A DNA stretch of 64,000 nucleotides from Octopus vulgaris (taxonomy: Eukaryota), in NCBI GenBank assembly GCA_951406725.2, contig OX597818.1:105648001-105712000 (forward strand). The letters are read 5' to 3'. The notes below the pieces were generated by a model, which did no database searches, had not been told where the DNA came from, and saw only the letters and a list, made by a program, of their open reading frames with translations. Positions 36,977-50,214 of this stretch are shown here, piece after piece. The number at the start of each line of letters is the position of its first letter. Positions within the stretch are counted from its first letter, which is position 1. A program made the translations under genes and the position numbers.

Positions 36977-38255
36977 CAGGGTTTGGACAAAATAATGGAA
37001 ACACCTAGCATCATAGCAACATAATTTTGAAATATCTATAAAACTATCAAAAGCTTGTTTATTTTTATGTTTTTGATTTATTATTAGTGTTGCTTAATAT
37101 GTTTTGCTAAAATTGCTGTTTCTATTCAGATGTCATCAGAAAAAGGTAATTAAAATTCATTAAAATGACAGATCTATCAGACTTTCAAAGAGGTCAAAAT
37201 GTTGGTGCTTGTATGGCAAGCACTAGTGTAATGAAACCAGCTGAAATGTTTGGTGTAACAAGAAGTACTTTCTCAAAAGTAATGACAGCCTTTGAGAAAG
37301 AAGGAAAAACCTCCTCCTTAAAACAAAACTCCAGAAGAAAACCAAAACTTTCAGATAGGGACTGTCAGACTCTTATGTGAATTGTCAGAAAGGATCACAA
37401 AAGTACAGTTCCCAAAATTACTGCAGATCTTAATGACCACCTCGAGAACCCAGTTTCCACAAAAACTGTTTGCCAGGAGCTGCACAAAGCCAGATTTCAC
37501 AGGAGGGCTGCAATCAGAAAACCACTACTTTCAAAACAAACGTTGCAAAGCATTTAGAGTGGAGTGAAAACTTACAGAATTGGTCTCTAGAGCAGTGGAA
37601 GAATGTTATTTTCTCAGACGAGTAATCCTTTATCTTATTTCTGACCACCGGCCGAGTATATGTGTGGAGACAGCTAAAAGAAGCATTTGACCCAGACTGC
37701 CTTCTTCCAACTGTTAAACATGGAGGAGGATCTGTGATGATAAGAGGGGGGGGGCTATATCTTGGAAATTCACCATCCTAATGGTTTTCCATCATGGCAG
37801 AATTAATAGTCAAGACTATTTAAGCATTTTATCTGATCAATTTCATCCTATGGTTGCGGAACTGTTTCCGGGAGGAAATGCAATATTTCAGGATAATAAT
37901 GCACCAATTCACACAACTAAAGTTGTTACTGAATGGCACAAAGAACATTCTAGTGAGTTGAACATCCTATCTGGTCACAACAGTCCCCAGATCTTTCAAT
38001 ATTATTGAAAATTTATGGTGCATTTTAGAAAAACAAGTATGGAGCCGATATCCTCCACCATCATCACTACAGAACTGGAAACTGTTTTAGCTGAAGAATG
38101 GACAAAAATTCCTTTGGAAACATTTCAAACTTTGTATGAGTCCATACCTTGTAGAATTCAAGCTGTAATTACGGCCAAAGGTAGTCTTACTCCATATTAA
38201 AATTTTTTTTTTTTTTGAAATTTTAAGGTGTTTCCATTATTTTGTCTAACCCCTG
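36977..38255 (+). mobile_element. Full-length Tc1-like transposon (~1279 bp)
   Basis: TIRs CAGGGTTTGGACAAAATAATGGAAACACCT / AGGTGTTTCCATTATTTTGTCTAACCCCTG. TA is present on the right side only. Confidence 0.93.
37165..38200 (+). pseudogene. Tc1 DD34E transposase pseudogene
   Basis: MTDLSDFQRGQ (paired-like HTH), WKNVIFSDE*, IFQDNNAPIH, SPDLSIIENLW and ESIPCRIQAVITAKG..TPY, with stops and frameshifts. Confidence 0.9.
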
Positions 38256-41200
38256 TATGTGAAGGGCCTGATAACCAGGATACATATTGTAGAACCTATA
38301 AGGGATGAGTTTAACCATTACATTGATCCAACAGCTGCAGAGCCAAGAAGGGACCCTTTACTATCTTTTGGGTTCCTCTCTTAACATAAAACCTCACTAC
38401 CTCTTAGAATTTTGAGAAGTTACCCTGCCTCCAACTCCTAGGCCCAAAAGTAGCCTTGTTACATTGCTAAGTTTCCTTTAGAGAATCTGCAATCATGGGT
38501 TGAAACTGAAACAATTACATTATGGTAGAGACATAGCAAACACTCAGAACACACATGTGCTGTTATAATCAATTTACTTTATATGTTCATTGTGTTATGC
38601 ATACTTTGAACAATTCTTGTTATGCATACTTTGAACAATTCTAGTCTAAATAAGAGTTTCTTAAGTTAGAACACAGCCTCAGATTTGTAGAAATGGGCTG
38701 CAGTTGAATGAACTGATCCTAGTATTACTGGTATTTATTTGAGTCAATGAGAGAGCACTTATGCAGTCATTTAATCTGCAAAATATAGCAACTAAAGTCC
38801 TTCAAATGACCCCCTATAGTCTTAAAAATGGAAGGCTACATTTCAACAGTGTAGTTCTAGACATACAGAAAGATTGAATGGTTGCAATTGGGATATCTTT
38901 AACCACAGGTTTGTTTCTCTTTTATCCTTTATCTTTTACTTGTTCCAGTGATTAGACAGTGGCCATGCTGGGGCTCTGCCTTGAAGAACTTTTAGTCAAA
39001 TGAATTGACCCAAGTACTTATATTGTTTTAAAGCCTGTTACTTATTCTATGTCTCTTTTGCCAAACCACTTATTCACAGGGATGTAAACACTTCAACACT
39101 GGTTGTCAAGCAGTGGTGGGAGAAACACACACATGTGCTTCTTTCAGTTTCCATCTTCCAAATCCATTCACAAGGCTTTGGTCATCTTGAGACTATAGTA
39201 GAAGACACTTGCCCAAAGTGTCACGCAGTAGAACTGAACCCAGAACCTTGTGGTTGAGAAGTAAGCTTCTTACCACACAGCCATGCCTGTGCTCGTTTGC
39301 CTAATTCCTGACATCAACAACAAAACACCAACAACTGGCTCTTTTAGCATCAACTCTGAAGAAATGAATGACTCACTCTGTCCCCAACAGTACTTGAAGT
39401 AACAGCGCAAAGTGATGTAACTAAATGCTGTCAGGTTCTTAACCCTCTTTTGCTACCAACCTGTCTGAAACAGCCTCTGATTATTTTACAATACTTATTA
39501 TCAATTCAAACCTTCATTTATAAGTTGATGTAAGCATCTTTTATTAAGTTATGTTACAAACAACAACTACAACTATAGCTGTTACTTGCGAGTTGGACAT
39601 GAGTGTGGTTTGAGAGCATATACTATGCTTTTGCTAATTGTGATAGGTGCCCTTGTAGCATAGATATCCATTCAGCTTTCCCAACCTTAACCCAGCAGAA
39701 CATTAAGGATGTGACAGCTAGAGGGAGAGAGAGGGCTGCACCAGCATTAGGCTGGTACTTATTTTCAGTCCAGTAGCCTGAAGCAACAAAGACACAATGT
39801 CTTTGTACTTTTAGTTGAGTGCCTTTGAGTTGGAGCTGGATAATTGATTTTTTACTAATATTCATTTGGAGGGACCTGTTACTTGTCAGTTTGTGTGCCA
39901 TCCATTCACCTTGATTATGCTTATAATGAAGTTATTTCTTCCTTAGCCCTTTAGTGTTTAAACTAGCTATATCTGGCCCGAATATTCTACTCATTTTATG
40001 CTCAAACTGGCCAGAACCAGTATCTCGCACCTACCCTGCAATGTAATTCTAAAAATAGACAATTACATCTTTCAAATTTTTAAGCTACAAGATAATACCA
40101 GATTAATTTTTAAAAATGTAAACGAATAAGGATTACTTATGACATATTAATTTGAATGCTAAAGGGTTAGATGAATAACATACACTTCCACATCTGAAAG
40201 GCACTAAACTAATGGCACAAAATGCTCAAAAGGTATCTGTGATGAAGATGAAAACAACAGCAATGGTGACAACAACAACAATTGTGATGGCTGCAGTAGT
40301 AATGACAACAATGATGATGATGGTGGCAGCAGCAGTAATGATGATAATGATAACAATGATGATGAGGAGGAGGAGGAGGCTGAAGACATTTAATCCCATT
40401 CTTTATTATTTCTGCATTTCCACACTTTAACTCTAACTAAGACACAAGACCATAATATTTTAAGGAAGGACACAAATGATTAAATGGGATGCCTAATACT
40501 TGACATTGAGGCAACAAGGAAGAACTAGATAAAATGTAAATTGTCTCTTTCAATACTTCACTGGTACATCTTTTTTTTTTTTTTTTGCTTTAAAGACTTC
40601 ACCCAAAGAGGGAAGAAAACACACACACACACACACATTTTCTGCAGAGGCTTTGAGACAAGTGGGAGCAAAGGAAAAAGAAATCATGATCATGGATTGT
40701 CCTTTAATAGGAGAACCGATCCTTAATTCATACAACAGTGCACTCTTCTGTTAAAGATACCCAAGTGCCAGTTGGTGATATTAAACCAGGCAGTGAGTTC
40801 TGAGGTCTTGTGGAAGAGGTAGACCCAAGAAAAGATAGGACAAAGTATTGAAGGCAGATCTCAAAACACTAAACCTTATGAAGGAGGTGACAGAGGACGG
40901 AGATATGTGGCACATTATTGTACTCAAGAAGACTACTACAACAGAACTGAAATCCTGAAACCAAAGTGCCACGTAAAAGTATTGGTACTGGTGTGACTTA
41001 GAAATTCACTAGTGATGGTGCCACATAAAAAGCACCCAGTACACTCTGTGGAGTGGTTGGTGTTTGGAAGGGTTTCCAGCTGTAGAAACTAAGCCGATGC
41101 AGACTATGGAACCTGGTGTGGCCCCTGGCCTTACCAGTTCCTGTCAAGCTATCCAACCCCTGCCAGCATGGAAATGGATGTTAAATGATGATGATGGTGA

Positions 41201-42730
41201 AGATGAATGTAAAAAATAAAATGTAATTGTAACTAAATATCAAATGGCATTTTGTGAAACACTTTAACAATGACATTAATTAATCAATAATTAAGGAGAA
41301 ATTTTAAAGAAAAAAAACATCATATTCTTCATATGCTGGGAAGCTGGAAATAAAAAGGTGAATAACATTTTGTACAAATAAAAGAAAGACCTAATGCTAA
41401 CAGGATGTATATATTTCTGAATGCACCTCATTGATGAGAATACAACAGTCCTTAATGTTGTAAACAAACTACTTAAACTGCTCTACTTTCAAGAGGAAAA
41501 TAAGAAATGTAGAACAAAAGGAAAAATTAATTTTTATACTTAAGTAGGTGGTAATGGTAGAGTTGAGGTTGAAGGTAGTGTTGGTATCTGTGATGGTGTT
41601 GGTAGTAGTGTCGTTGTTAGTTGTGGTGGTGGTGGTTGTAGTAGTAGTAGTAGTAGTAAGAATTGATAATGGTAGTTATTTGAAATGTTTGGGAAGTGAA
41701 AGAGATGGTGCTAGAAGTTGCCATAGTATTTGAGTTTTGCATATCTGTGGTGGTGGTGATGGTGGCGTTAGGAATAGGTTTGGGGCAGTAAAGTCAATAA
41801 TAATGTTGTTATTGATGGTGACAATGTTAATCATGGTAGTCTGTGACAGAAAGAAAGGGAATAACAATACATGCTCTGATGATGATGGTGGTGATTAACA
41901 ATGGTGGTAATAGTGTTTCTTGGTGAAGTTAATTATGTTGGTGCTCTGTGAGGCTAATTATATTGGCTGATGATCTTAACAGTTCTCCTGTGTCAGGAGT
42001 AGATTGAGAATGGGTGCCTGTCATCTGGAGTGTTGTCAAACACTAACAGTCTCCCATCAGCAATTGCCTTTTTCTAGTGGAGTTCATTCTGCAAGCATTG
42101 AAGTTAAATCACTGGTTTGAAAATAACTTTCTCACTTCCTCCATAACAAGTCTCCAAGGCTTTCAAAAAATATAGAATTAAATTCTGAGCTCTGACCTTC
42201 CCTCTTTGACCTAGCTAGACAGTTCTCTACCAAGTGACTATGGTACACTTGGTCATTGCATTACAAGGATTGTCAGCCAGTTCTCTATATAACACAAACA
42301 CATCTAAGAAGTACAAACTAGATTTTCTGATCTTATGGTGTTTCTTTTCACATTATTTTAAAATAAAAAAGTGTAAGGTGAAGGTAGTGAGAGAAGTATT
42401 GTCCTCTGGTAAATTTGAAAAAAATTGCTAAAGATAAATAATTAGAAGTTTGATTTGAAATTATGAAGTTTTGGGTTCAGTTCCACTGCAAGGCACCTCG
42501 GAGTAATATATATATATAGGGAGAGTTTACGAAAAAAACAAAAGACGAAGACAGGTGGTGTACAAAACAAACAGATGTATTAGTATAATGCTCCCAGCCT
42601 ACGCTCTTCTACAGAAAGGGACACAGAAAAAACAAGGAGAGAAAAAAATGTGTGTAGTGGCTAACAATCTATCACGGTATTTCTATCGTCTTCTAAATGT
42701 TTTACGTTCTTGTCCCAGTTTGTATTTTTC

Positions 42731-42771
<41 letters not shown>

Positions 42772-43772
42772 TGACTGTGTGGTAAGTAGCTTGCTTACCA
42801 ACCACATGGTCCCGGGTTCAGTCCCACTGCGTGGCACCTTGGGCAAGTGTCTTCTACTATAGCCTTTGAGTGTTTGCATGTAGTTGTTTGAAACGTTTGT
42901 GTTTGTCACTGTCATATATGTATATGTTTGTGTGTGTATGTGCGTGTGTGAGGAATGGCAAACCAGATAGATAGAGCACGAAGTTCTTTTGAAGTTCGCA
43001 CTCCGTTTGTGTATGTGTGTGCATGCTTTAGGTGTACGTAGGTATGTGTTTTTGTGTGTGTGTCACTGAAGCCATACATATATACATACATAACCTCTCT
43101 CTCTTCTTTTCTCTCTCAGTCACTCACTACAAAAAGTGAATAAAAAAAGTTCAGTTATCTCTGTCTTTCACACATACACACACAGCACAACATTACTCTC
43201 TCTGTCTCTTTACACACACTAACAAAAGCACTTCACTTACACACCACACTTTCTGTGTCGCACACCCCATCAAACACACACACACACACACTCACGCATG
43301 CACACATGTACATCAATGCTTCCGATGCACCCCAACTTCAAAAGAACTTCCCCCCCGAAAAAATGCACGTGTATCTGTTTCCCTGCTTGCAAAGAGAAAG
43401 TAAGAGAAAGTGTGGTAATAGATGGAGGAAAGCATTTGAAATGAGAAAGGCAATCGTATATGTATATGTTTGCGTGTCTATGCGTGTGTACACTTGCAAA
43501 GAGAAAGTAGCAGAAAGTGTGGTAATAGAAAGAGTGAAGCATTTGAAATGAGAGAGGCAAATCGTAAAATATTAAGTTTGATCTAATTTTTGCTTAATTG
43601 GGGGTCAAATTGAAAAAAATTTATATGCCATGACCCAGTCGAATCTACTTCGAAAATTCGAAAATCATAGGTAAATTCCAATTGAAGAAATTGTATATTG
43701 TACAATTGTATTAAAAACGAACATGGTAACAGGCAGAGAAAATCTGCCTTTTATCATAAGATATATATATAT

Positions 43773-43823
<51 letters not shown>

Positions 43824-43943
43824 TATATATTTGTATATATATATATAGCAAGAAGAAAATGGAGGGAATCCAGAGGTAGTATTCACCAGCTGTTAGACAT
43901 TATATTATGTCCTATTTATTTAATTATTTAAAACAGTTCTGAT

Positions 43944-44418
43944 TCCGTTCGTGGCCGTTTGCCAGCTCTGTCTGGCCCCGTGCCGGTGACACATAAAAGC
44001 ACCATCCGCTCATGTTCGTTGCCAGCCTCGGCTGGCCCCCGTGCCGGTGACACGTAAAAGCACCATCCGTTCGTGGCCGTTTGCCAGCTCTGTCTGGCCC
44101 CGTGTCAGTGGCACATAAAAGCACCATCCGTTCGTGTTCGTTGCCAGCCTCGGCTGGCCCCCGTGCCGGTGACACGTAAAAGCACCGTCCGTTCGTGGCC
44201 GTTGTGCCAGCTCTGTCTGGCACCTGCACAGGTGGCACGTAAAAAACACCCACTACACTCACGGAGTGGTTGGCGTTAGGAAGGGCATCCAGCCGTAGAA
44301 ACACTGCCAAATCTGACTGGGCCTGATGAAGCCTTCCGGCTTCACAGACCCCAGTTAAACCGTCCAACCCATGCTAGCATGGAAAACGGACGCTAAATGA
44401 TGATGATGATGATGATGA
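43944..44418 (+). mobile_element. RTE 3'-UTR fragment with ~5 units of the same 60-bp minisatellite; shorter copies at ~32660-32942 and ~47040-47248
   Basis: Near-identical to 5330-5815, including the (atg)n tail. Confidence 0.9.
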
Positions 44419-44479
44419 TATATATATATATATATATATACAAATGTAAAGTACTAGTAATTTCTAGAATAGAGAAAGA

Positions 44480-44860
44480 AGAGCAGTTTCTATTTTCTCT
44501 GCCTGTTTATTTCTGTGTTCCTTTCTGTGGAAGGGTGAAGGGCATAGGCTCGAAACATAAAAGACTTTCTCACTTCCCAAGCATAAACCTAATACATGTT
44601 TGTTGTTTACACACCCATCTTTGTCTTTGGTTTTTTTGTAAGATCGCTAACCCCTACACATTCTTTATTTTCTCTCTCTTTATTTTTTCTCCCTCTTTAT
44701 TTTTATTTTCTCTCCCTGTTTCTTTCTGTGTTCTTTTCTATGGAAGAGCATAGGCTCCAAATGTTAAAGACTTTTTCACTTCCGGAGCATTAAAATAATA
44801 CATCTGTTTGTTGTCTACACCACCAGTCTTCGTCTTTTGTTTTTTGGTGAATTCTCCCCC
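44480..44860 (+). repeat. Two tandem ~206-bp units, each carrying a degenerate hammerhead-like motif (PLE pLTR/retrozyme-like)
   Basis: ATAGGCTC recurs at 44544 and 44750, and the downstream sequence (aaagacttt..cacttcc...aatacat.tgtttgttgt.tacac) is repeated. A related inverted partial copy lies at ~42520-42675. Confidence 0.65.
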
Positions 44861-45568
44861 ATATGTATATATATACGTCTGTGTGTGTGTATATATATGT
44901 CTATACATATGTATGTATATGAATGTATATATAGATATATATATATATATGTATTGAGAAAAAAATCTTCAGAATTTTGGAATAAAAATCTTTTTATTTC
45001 TTCATTATTATTAGTGCTTTCATTCCTTTCTAGAACTTGTCAAATACAATTTTGTGAATGTACAAACAGCTTGTTCATTTATATAAAACAGATGTTTTTG
45101 GGGGGTTTTGTTTAGAAGAGAACATTGTTTTTGTTTTTTGGGGGTGAGGTTCCAAGACAGTAGAGATGGATATAGATAGGTAGGTATGTAGAGGGAAAGA
45201 GAGAGAGAAAGGGTATCCACCTTCCTATTCACCATTCATTCCTTTACCATTGTATTAGAATGGGTTTAGGGATGGTGACCTTTAAAAACAACTGGTGTAG
45301 TTTGATCATCACTGAAATCCTTTTTACTTTCTTTTGGTCTCTCTGTTTTGTTTTGTGTTTCCTCCTTTTTCCCTTTCTTATTTTCTTCTTCCTTCCTTTT
45401 TCCTCCTTTCTTTCTTTTTCTCCTCTTTGAGGTATATTTAGAATATACCCCTTCCAAAGATTCATTTTTGGAGGGAATTTTTTGATAAAGTGTAGTTCTG
45501 CATGAAAATACATTAGTATAATATTTGCAAATTAACAATTTGAAAAATCAATCAGTAAATAAAAAAAT

Positions 45569-45619
<51 letters not shown>

Positions 45620-45625
<6 letters not shown>

Positions 45626-45994
45626 GGCAGTTTGTCTGTGCGTGTTTCTGTGTGTCTGTTTGCTTGTACCCTCACCCTGACCACGGCTTTCAACTGATTC
45701 TGATGAAACTTGACACACACATAGCCCAATGTCATAATTCAAAACTAACGCAGTGAAAATTTTGAAAAGTTCCCCCAGTTCTGAAAAAAATCGATAAATT
45801 CGACATGGGGTCGAGAATCAGGAACACAAACCACAAACTGTGTAGGGGACGCAACTCCACCTTTTTTAACTATCAAAAAAAAATTTACCATCATTTTTTT
45901 CCATTTTTTTGCTATTCTTTGGCTATAACTCTCTAAAAATGCTTTATAGTTATTTCCCTTACAAACCTGAGCAACGCCGGGCGATACTGCTAGT
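45620..45994 (-). mobile_element. Helentron-associated (HINE/DINE-1-like) non-autonomous element; related pieces probably at ~42870-43760 and ~46000-46330
   Basis: The minus strand starts ACTAGCAGTATCGCCCGGCGTTGCTC and ends AAGTTTCATCAGAATC...ACAGACA..TTTATATATA, the usual HINE layout. Confidence 0.6.
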
Positions 45995-46385
45995 ATTATA
46001 TAAAATCCATTCTATCTGTCTGTGTTTGTGTCTTCTAGGATCTCGGGCATCCTCCATCTGATTGTGCTCAAATTTGATGTGTAGATACCAACGGTATCAG
46101 GGCGTGTATAAGTCTTAAAAAAATTACAAAAATCGATTTCAGGTGAGAATGCGATTGATAAAGCCGTGGGAACGTGCATTTGTAAAATCATTTTTCTTGG
46201 AATAGAAAAAAAGTCTATCTTTATTTCTTCTTTTGCTGGTGTCTCAAATTTAGGTTAAATCAGTGTTTCTCAAAGGTGAGGCTATGGGCCGGTTGGCCAA
46301 GTTGTTTTGAGAAAATTTGGTTTAAATGTTTGATAACTCAGCACCGTTCATTGGACAGGGGCCATTTTGCTTGTATATATATATG

Positions 46386-46417
<32 letters not shown>

Positions 46418-47771
46418 GATAGATAGATAGATAAAACTTACATGGAAAAGGATGCGTGTTAATCGATCATATAATAATATAAATAATATATATATATATA
46501 TGCATATATACATACGTATATGTACATACCTACATATATATGTATATATACATGCATATATGGGTACAGGACATCAAAAAAACGTTGAACACAATGAGAA
46601 ACGAAAACATAGAAACAAAAACATAGAAACAAAGTTTTTTCCAAACAATGAAAAAAAAACAGAGAAACAAGACATACAACACAAGAAATATTCCCCTTCT
46701 TCAGTTGTCTCTGTTTCATCTACTTCGCGTTTCGAAGGTAAGAACAAGACGTGACTTCGTTGAAACAGTCCTTCCTGCAAAGCAAATTAAATAAAATTTG
46801 GGATTTTTTGCGGAGGATGAAAGTGGTAACAAGAACAGGACAGTAGGAACAAAACAGGGGGAGGGATTACTCTTTTTCTTTTTAGCATATATTTTTACTG
46901 TCTTTTTTACAATATTTTTCTAGTTTCTTCTTCTTCTTCTTCTTCTGCTTCTGCTGCTGCTGCTTCTGCTGCTGCTTGTTGTAGCTAAAGCAGGGGTGTT
47001 TGTTCTACACCAACCAACATTGTTACAACATATGCCAGTACCACCTGACTGGCTCTCGTGCCAGTGGCACGTAAAAGCACCCACTACACTCTCGGAGTGG
47101 TTGGCATTAGGAAGGGCATCCAGCTGTAGAAACTCTGCCAGATCAGATTGGAGTCTGGTGCAGCCATCTGGTTTGCCAGACCTCAGTCAAATTGTCCAAC
47201 CCATGCTAGCATGGAAAGCGGACGTTAAACGATGATGATGATGATGATATATATATATATATATATATCATCATCATACATATATATACACACATGTATT
47301 TGTATGTATATGTGTGTGTGTTTATCTCCTTGAGACTTTATATTGACATAATTTGGACAGTAGTCCAAATTATATCAATATATCCTGTATCTGGAATCAG
47401 ATACTTTACTTTATCTTTTATCTCTTACTTGCTTCAATCATTAGATTGTGGCCTTGCTGGGGCACTGCCTTGAAGAATCTTAATTCAATCAATCAACCCC
47501 AGTACTTATATTTTTTTATAGCCTAGTACTTATTCTACTAGTCTCTTTCTGCTGAACTCCTAAGCTATGGGGATATAAACACACCAACACTGATTGTCGA
47601 GCAGTGGTGGGATACAAACACAGATGCAAATACACATACACACATAGTGGATTTCTTTCACTTTCCTGTCTCCCAAATCCACTCACAAGGCCTTGGTTGG
47701 ATCAAGACTATTATAGAAGACACATGCAACCATACGGGTGGGAAGCAAACTTCTTACCACCAGCACCCACA

Positions 47772-48019
47772 TCAGCCGTTCTCAGCAGGCTCCATATGGC
47801 TCTTGGGACTCCATAAAAAATTTGTCAAAATTTATCTCCAATAAATTGGTTATTGTTCTACAATATTCAAAATATTTTGACAATTTTTTAATATAATTTT
47901 TAATAATATTTAATTATAAAAATATAAGATTTTTTAAACATAGAATGGCCAGGAGGGTTCACCCAAGTAAAATAGGAATCAAAGGGGTCCATAGATAAGA
48001 AAATGGTTGAGTAACACTG
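47772..48019. mobile_element. hAT-like MITE family; related copies at ~13340-13488 (partial) and ~58887-59215
   Basis: CAG..GTTCTCA / TTGAG.AACACTG termini and shared internal motifs (ggggtcca, gaccc). Confidence 0.5.
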
Positions 48020-49674
48020 ACCTACATTAAAACAAAAGAGAAAAAAAATAGTTAAAGGAAGGGCGATTGGCCATAGAATACTGCCTCATGAAGTCTTGCC
48101 CAACCCATATCAATATTGAGAAAGCAAACATAGAAAAACAATGAACAAAGATACATTGGTATACATTATAATTTTACTCTTTTACCTATTGTGACCGTGT
48201 GATATATTTTATACTTGTTAATTTCTATGAGTATGGATCTTTTAATATTTATTTACAGAAATGCTCTTATATCACATTTGTGGTAAGACATGTATGTCAC
48301 ACATTGGTCTAAAAAGTCATTTAACTATCCACAAATAACTTTACATGGAAAAAAATCTGCAATATGCTTTATTCACCATTATTTTTTTACACTTGAGTAT
48401 ATTGCTTTAGTACTCAATTTTCAGATTGATGTTGTTTGTATTAAATTTCTCACACTATACATAAGTGAATGTGGTTTGCATGTATGCAAATATGTGAATT
48501 TGTGAATGTGTGTGTGCACGCACATATATATGTATGTGAATATGTACATACTTGCTTCAATTTCAACAGGAAATCAATGGAAGAGATATACTTGACCTTG
48601 CCCCTATCATTTCACTCAGTTTACTGACTTGAAGCTGCAGAAAATATATTCTATTAACACGCCATTGCTATCATCTCCACATTTCAGCACTTACATCACC
48701 ACCATCACCATCTCTCTCACCAATAAATACTACCATCAGGCATGGCTGTGTGGTAAGAAGTTGCTTTCAAGCCACATAGTACCTTGGACAAGTGTCTTTT
48801 ACTGTAGCCCTGGGCTGACCAATGCCTTGTGAGTGAATTTGGTAGACAAAAGCTGAAAAAAAATCCATCGTGTGTTTGCGTGCGTGTATGTGTGTGTGTT
48901 TGAGTGCACTTGTGTGCATGCATGTGTTTGAGTGCACTTGTGTGCATGCATGTGTGTGTTTGTGTTCGCCCACCCCACCACTTGACAACCAGTGTTGGTT
49001 TGTTTATGTCCTTCTAATTTAGTGATTCAGCAAAAGAAGCCTAATAGAGCGAGCACCAGACTTCAAAAAACAAAAGTACTGGGATTGATTTGTTCAAGTA
49101 TCTGGATCAAGTACTGAGGTTGATTTGTTCAAGGCTGTGCCCCAGCATGGCCACAGTCTAATGACTGGAACAAGTAAAAGAAAAGAGCACCAAAGCAATG
49201 AAATGACAGAATCATTAGAATGTTGGATAGAATACCTTGTGGTATTTGTTCCAGCTCCCTGTGCTCTGAATTTATATCCCATCACAGTCAAATTTGCCAT
49301 TCAAGTTTTCAGGATCAAAAAAAAAAAATCTATCAATACTGGATGGTTGATTGTTTGTGGGTTGGATGAGATGCTTTGTGATACCAGATTCTCACAGAAA
49401 CACCTGCAATGAAACTGGTGCCAAGTAATATTAGCCAAGGTTGGCTGCCCTTCCCTTACATATAAACATTAGTGCCACGAAAGGGAAAATTTTCATGCAT
49501 AAGCAACTGATTTTCTTATAAAAAAAATCTTACCCATGCCTGTGTGTTCATATGTAGATGCTTGATCAACATTGACTGATGGTGATCCTATTACCACCAC
49601 CACCATCATAAGAGCCAGGGAAGGGGTCTTGACAGTCAACCTACCAGAAAAAAAGCAACCAAATCTTTCTTTAA

Positions 49675-49893
49675 CCCTTTAGTATTTAAACCGGCCATAT
49701 CTGGCCAAAATATTTAATCAGTTTTATGTTCAAACTGACCAGGTCCAGGCTCTCACACCTACCCTACAATGCTATTATACATTAAGTAATTACACCATCA
49801 AGATCTTGAAGATATGAGATAATGTATGATTAATTCAAATCAATGTGAATCAATAAGCATTACGTTTGATAGAATAATCTGAACACTAAAGGG
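49675..49893. mobile_element. piggyBac-type MITE (~220 bp); further copies at ~25430-25612, 25800-26069, 39945-40170 and 58280-58503
   Basis: TTAA-CCCTTTAGT...ACTAAAGGG-TTAA; the body (cacctaccctacaatg..attc...gataatgcatgattaattcaaa) is shared by all copies. Confidence 0.8.
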
Positions 49894-50091
49894 TTAAATT
49901 CCATCAAAGCAATTAAGATGATTCAAGTTGATCCTCATAAAAGTATGTGCAAAAAATATATACATAAATAAACAAATATAAAACCTTAAATAAAATTTTA
50001 CTATAAAATTTATTTTATGAGAAAACTTTTTTGTTTTGCAAAATTATATAATGATTTACATATTTACTCTTATTTTATTTTCGTTTACCAG

Positions 50092-50214
50092 AATGTTATT
50101 AATACTTTCACAAAGACCGCCAGTCATGATCGCTGTACGTTCATTGGTAATGTGACAGTCGGGAGAGATGTCACCATCAAGCAACTGAGGGAATCCTACA
50201 CTGCTGTTGTTTTG
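50092..50214 (+). CDS. FDXR: Ferredoxin reductase (adrenodoxin reductase) internal exon, [41 protein letters not shown]
   Basis: Polypyrimidine tract then ttaccag|AAT; ends TTG|gtaagg; 123 bp, phase 0/0. The peptide resembles the FDXR NVINTFT...GNVEVGRDV...YHAVVL segment. Confidence 0.95.
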
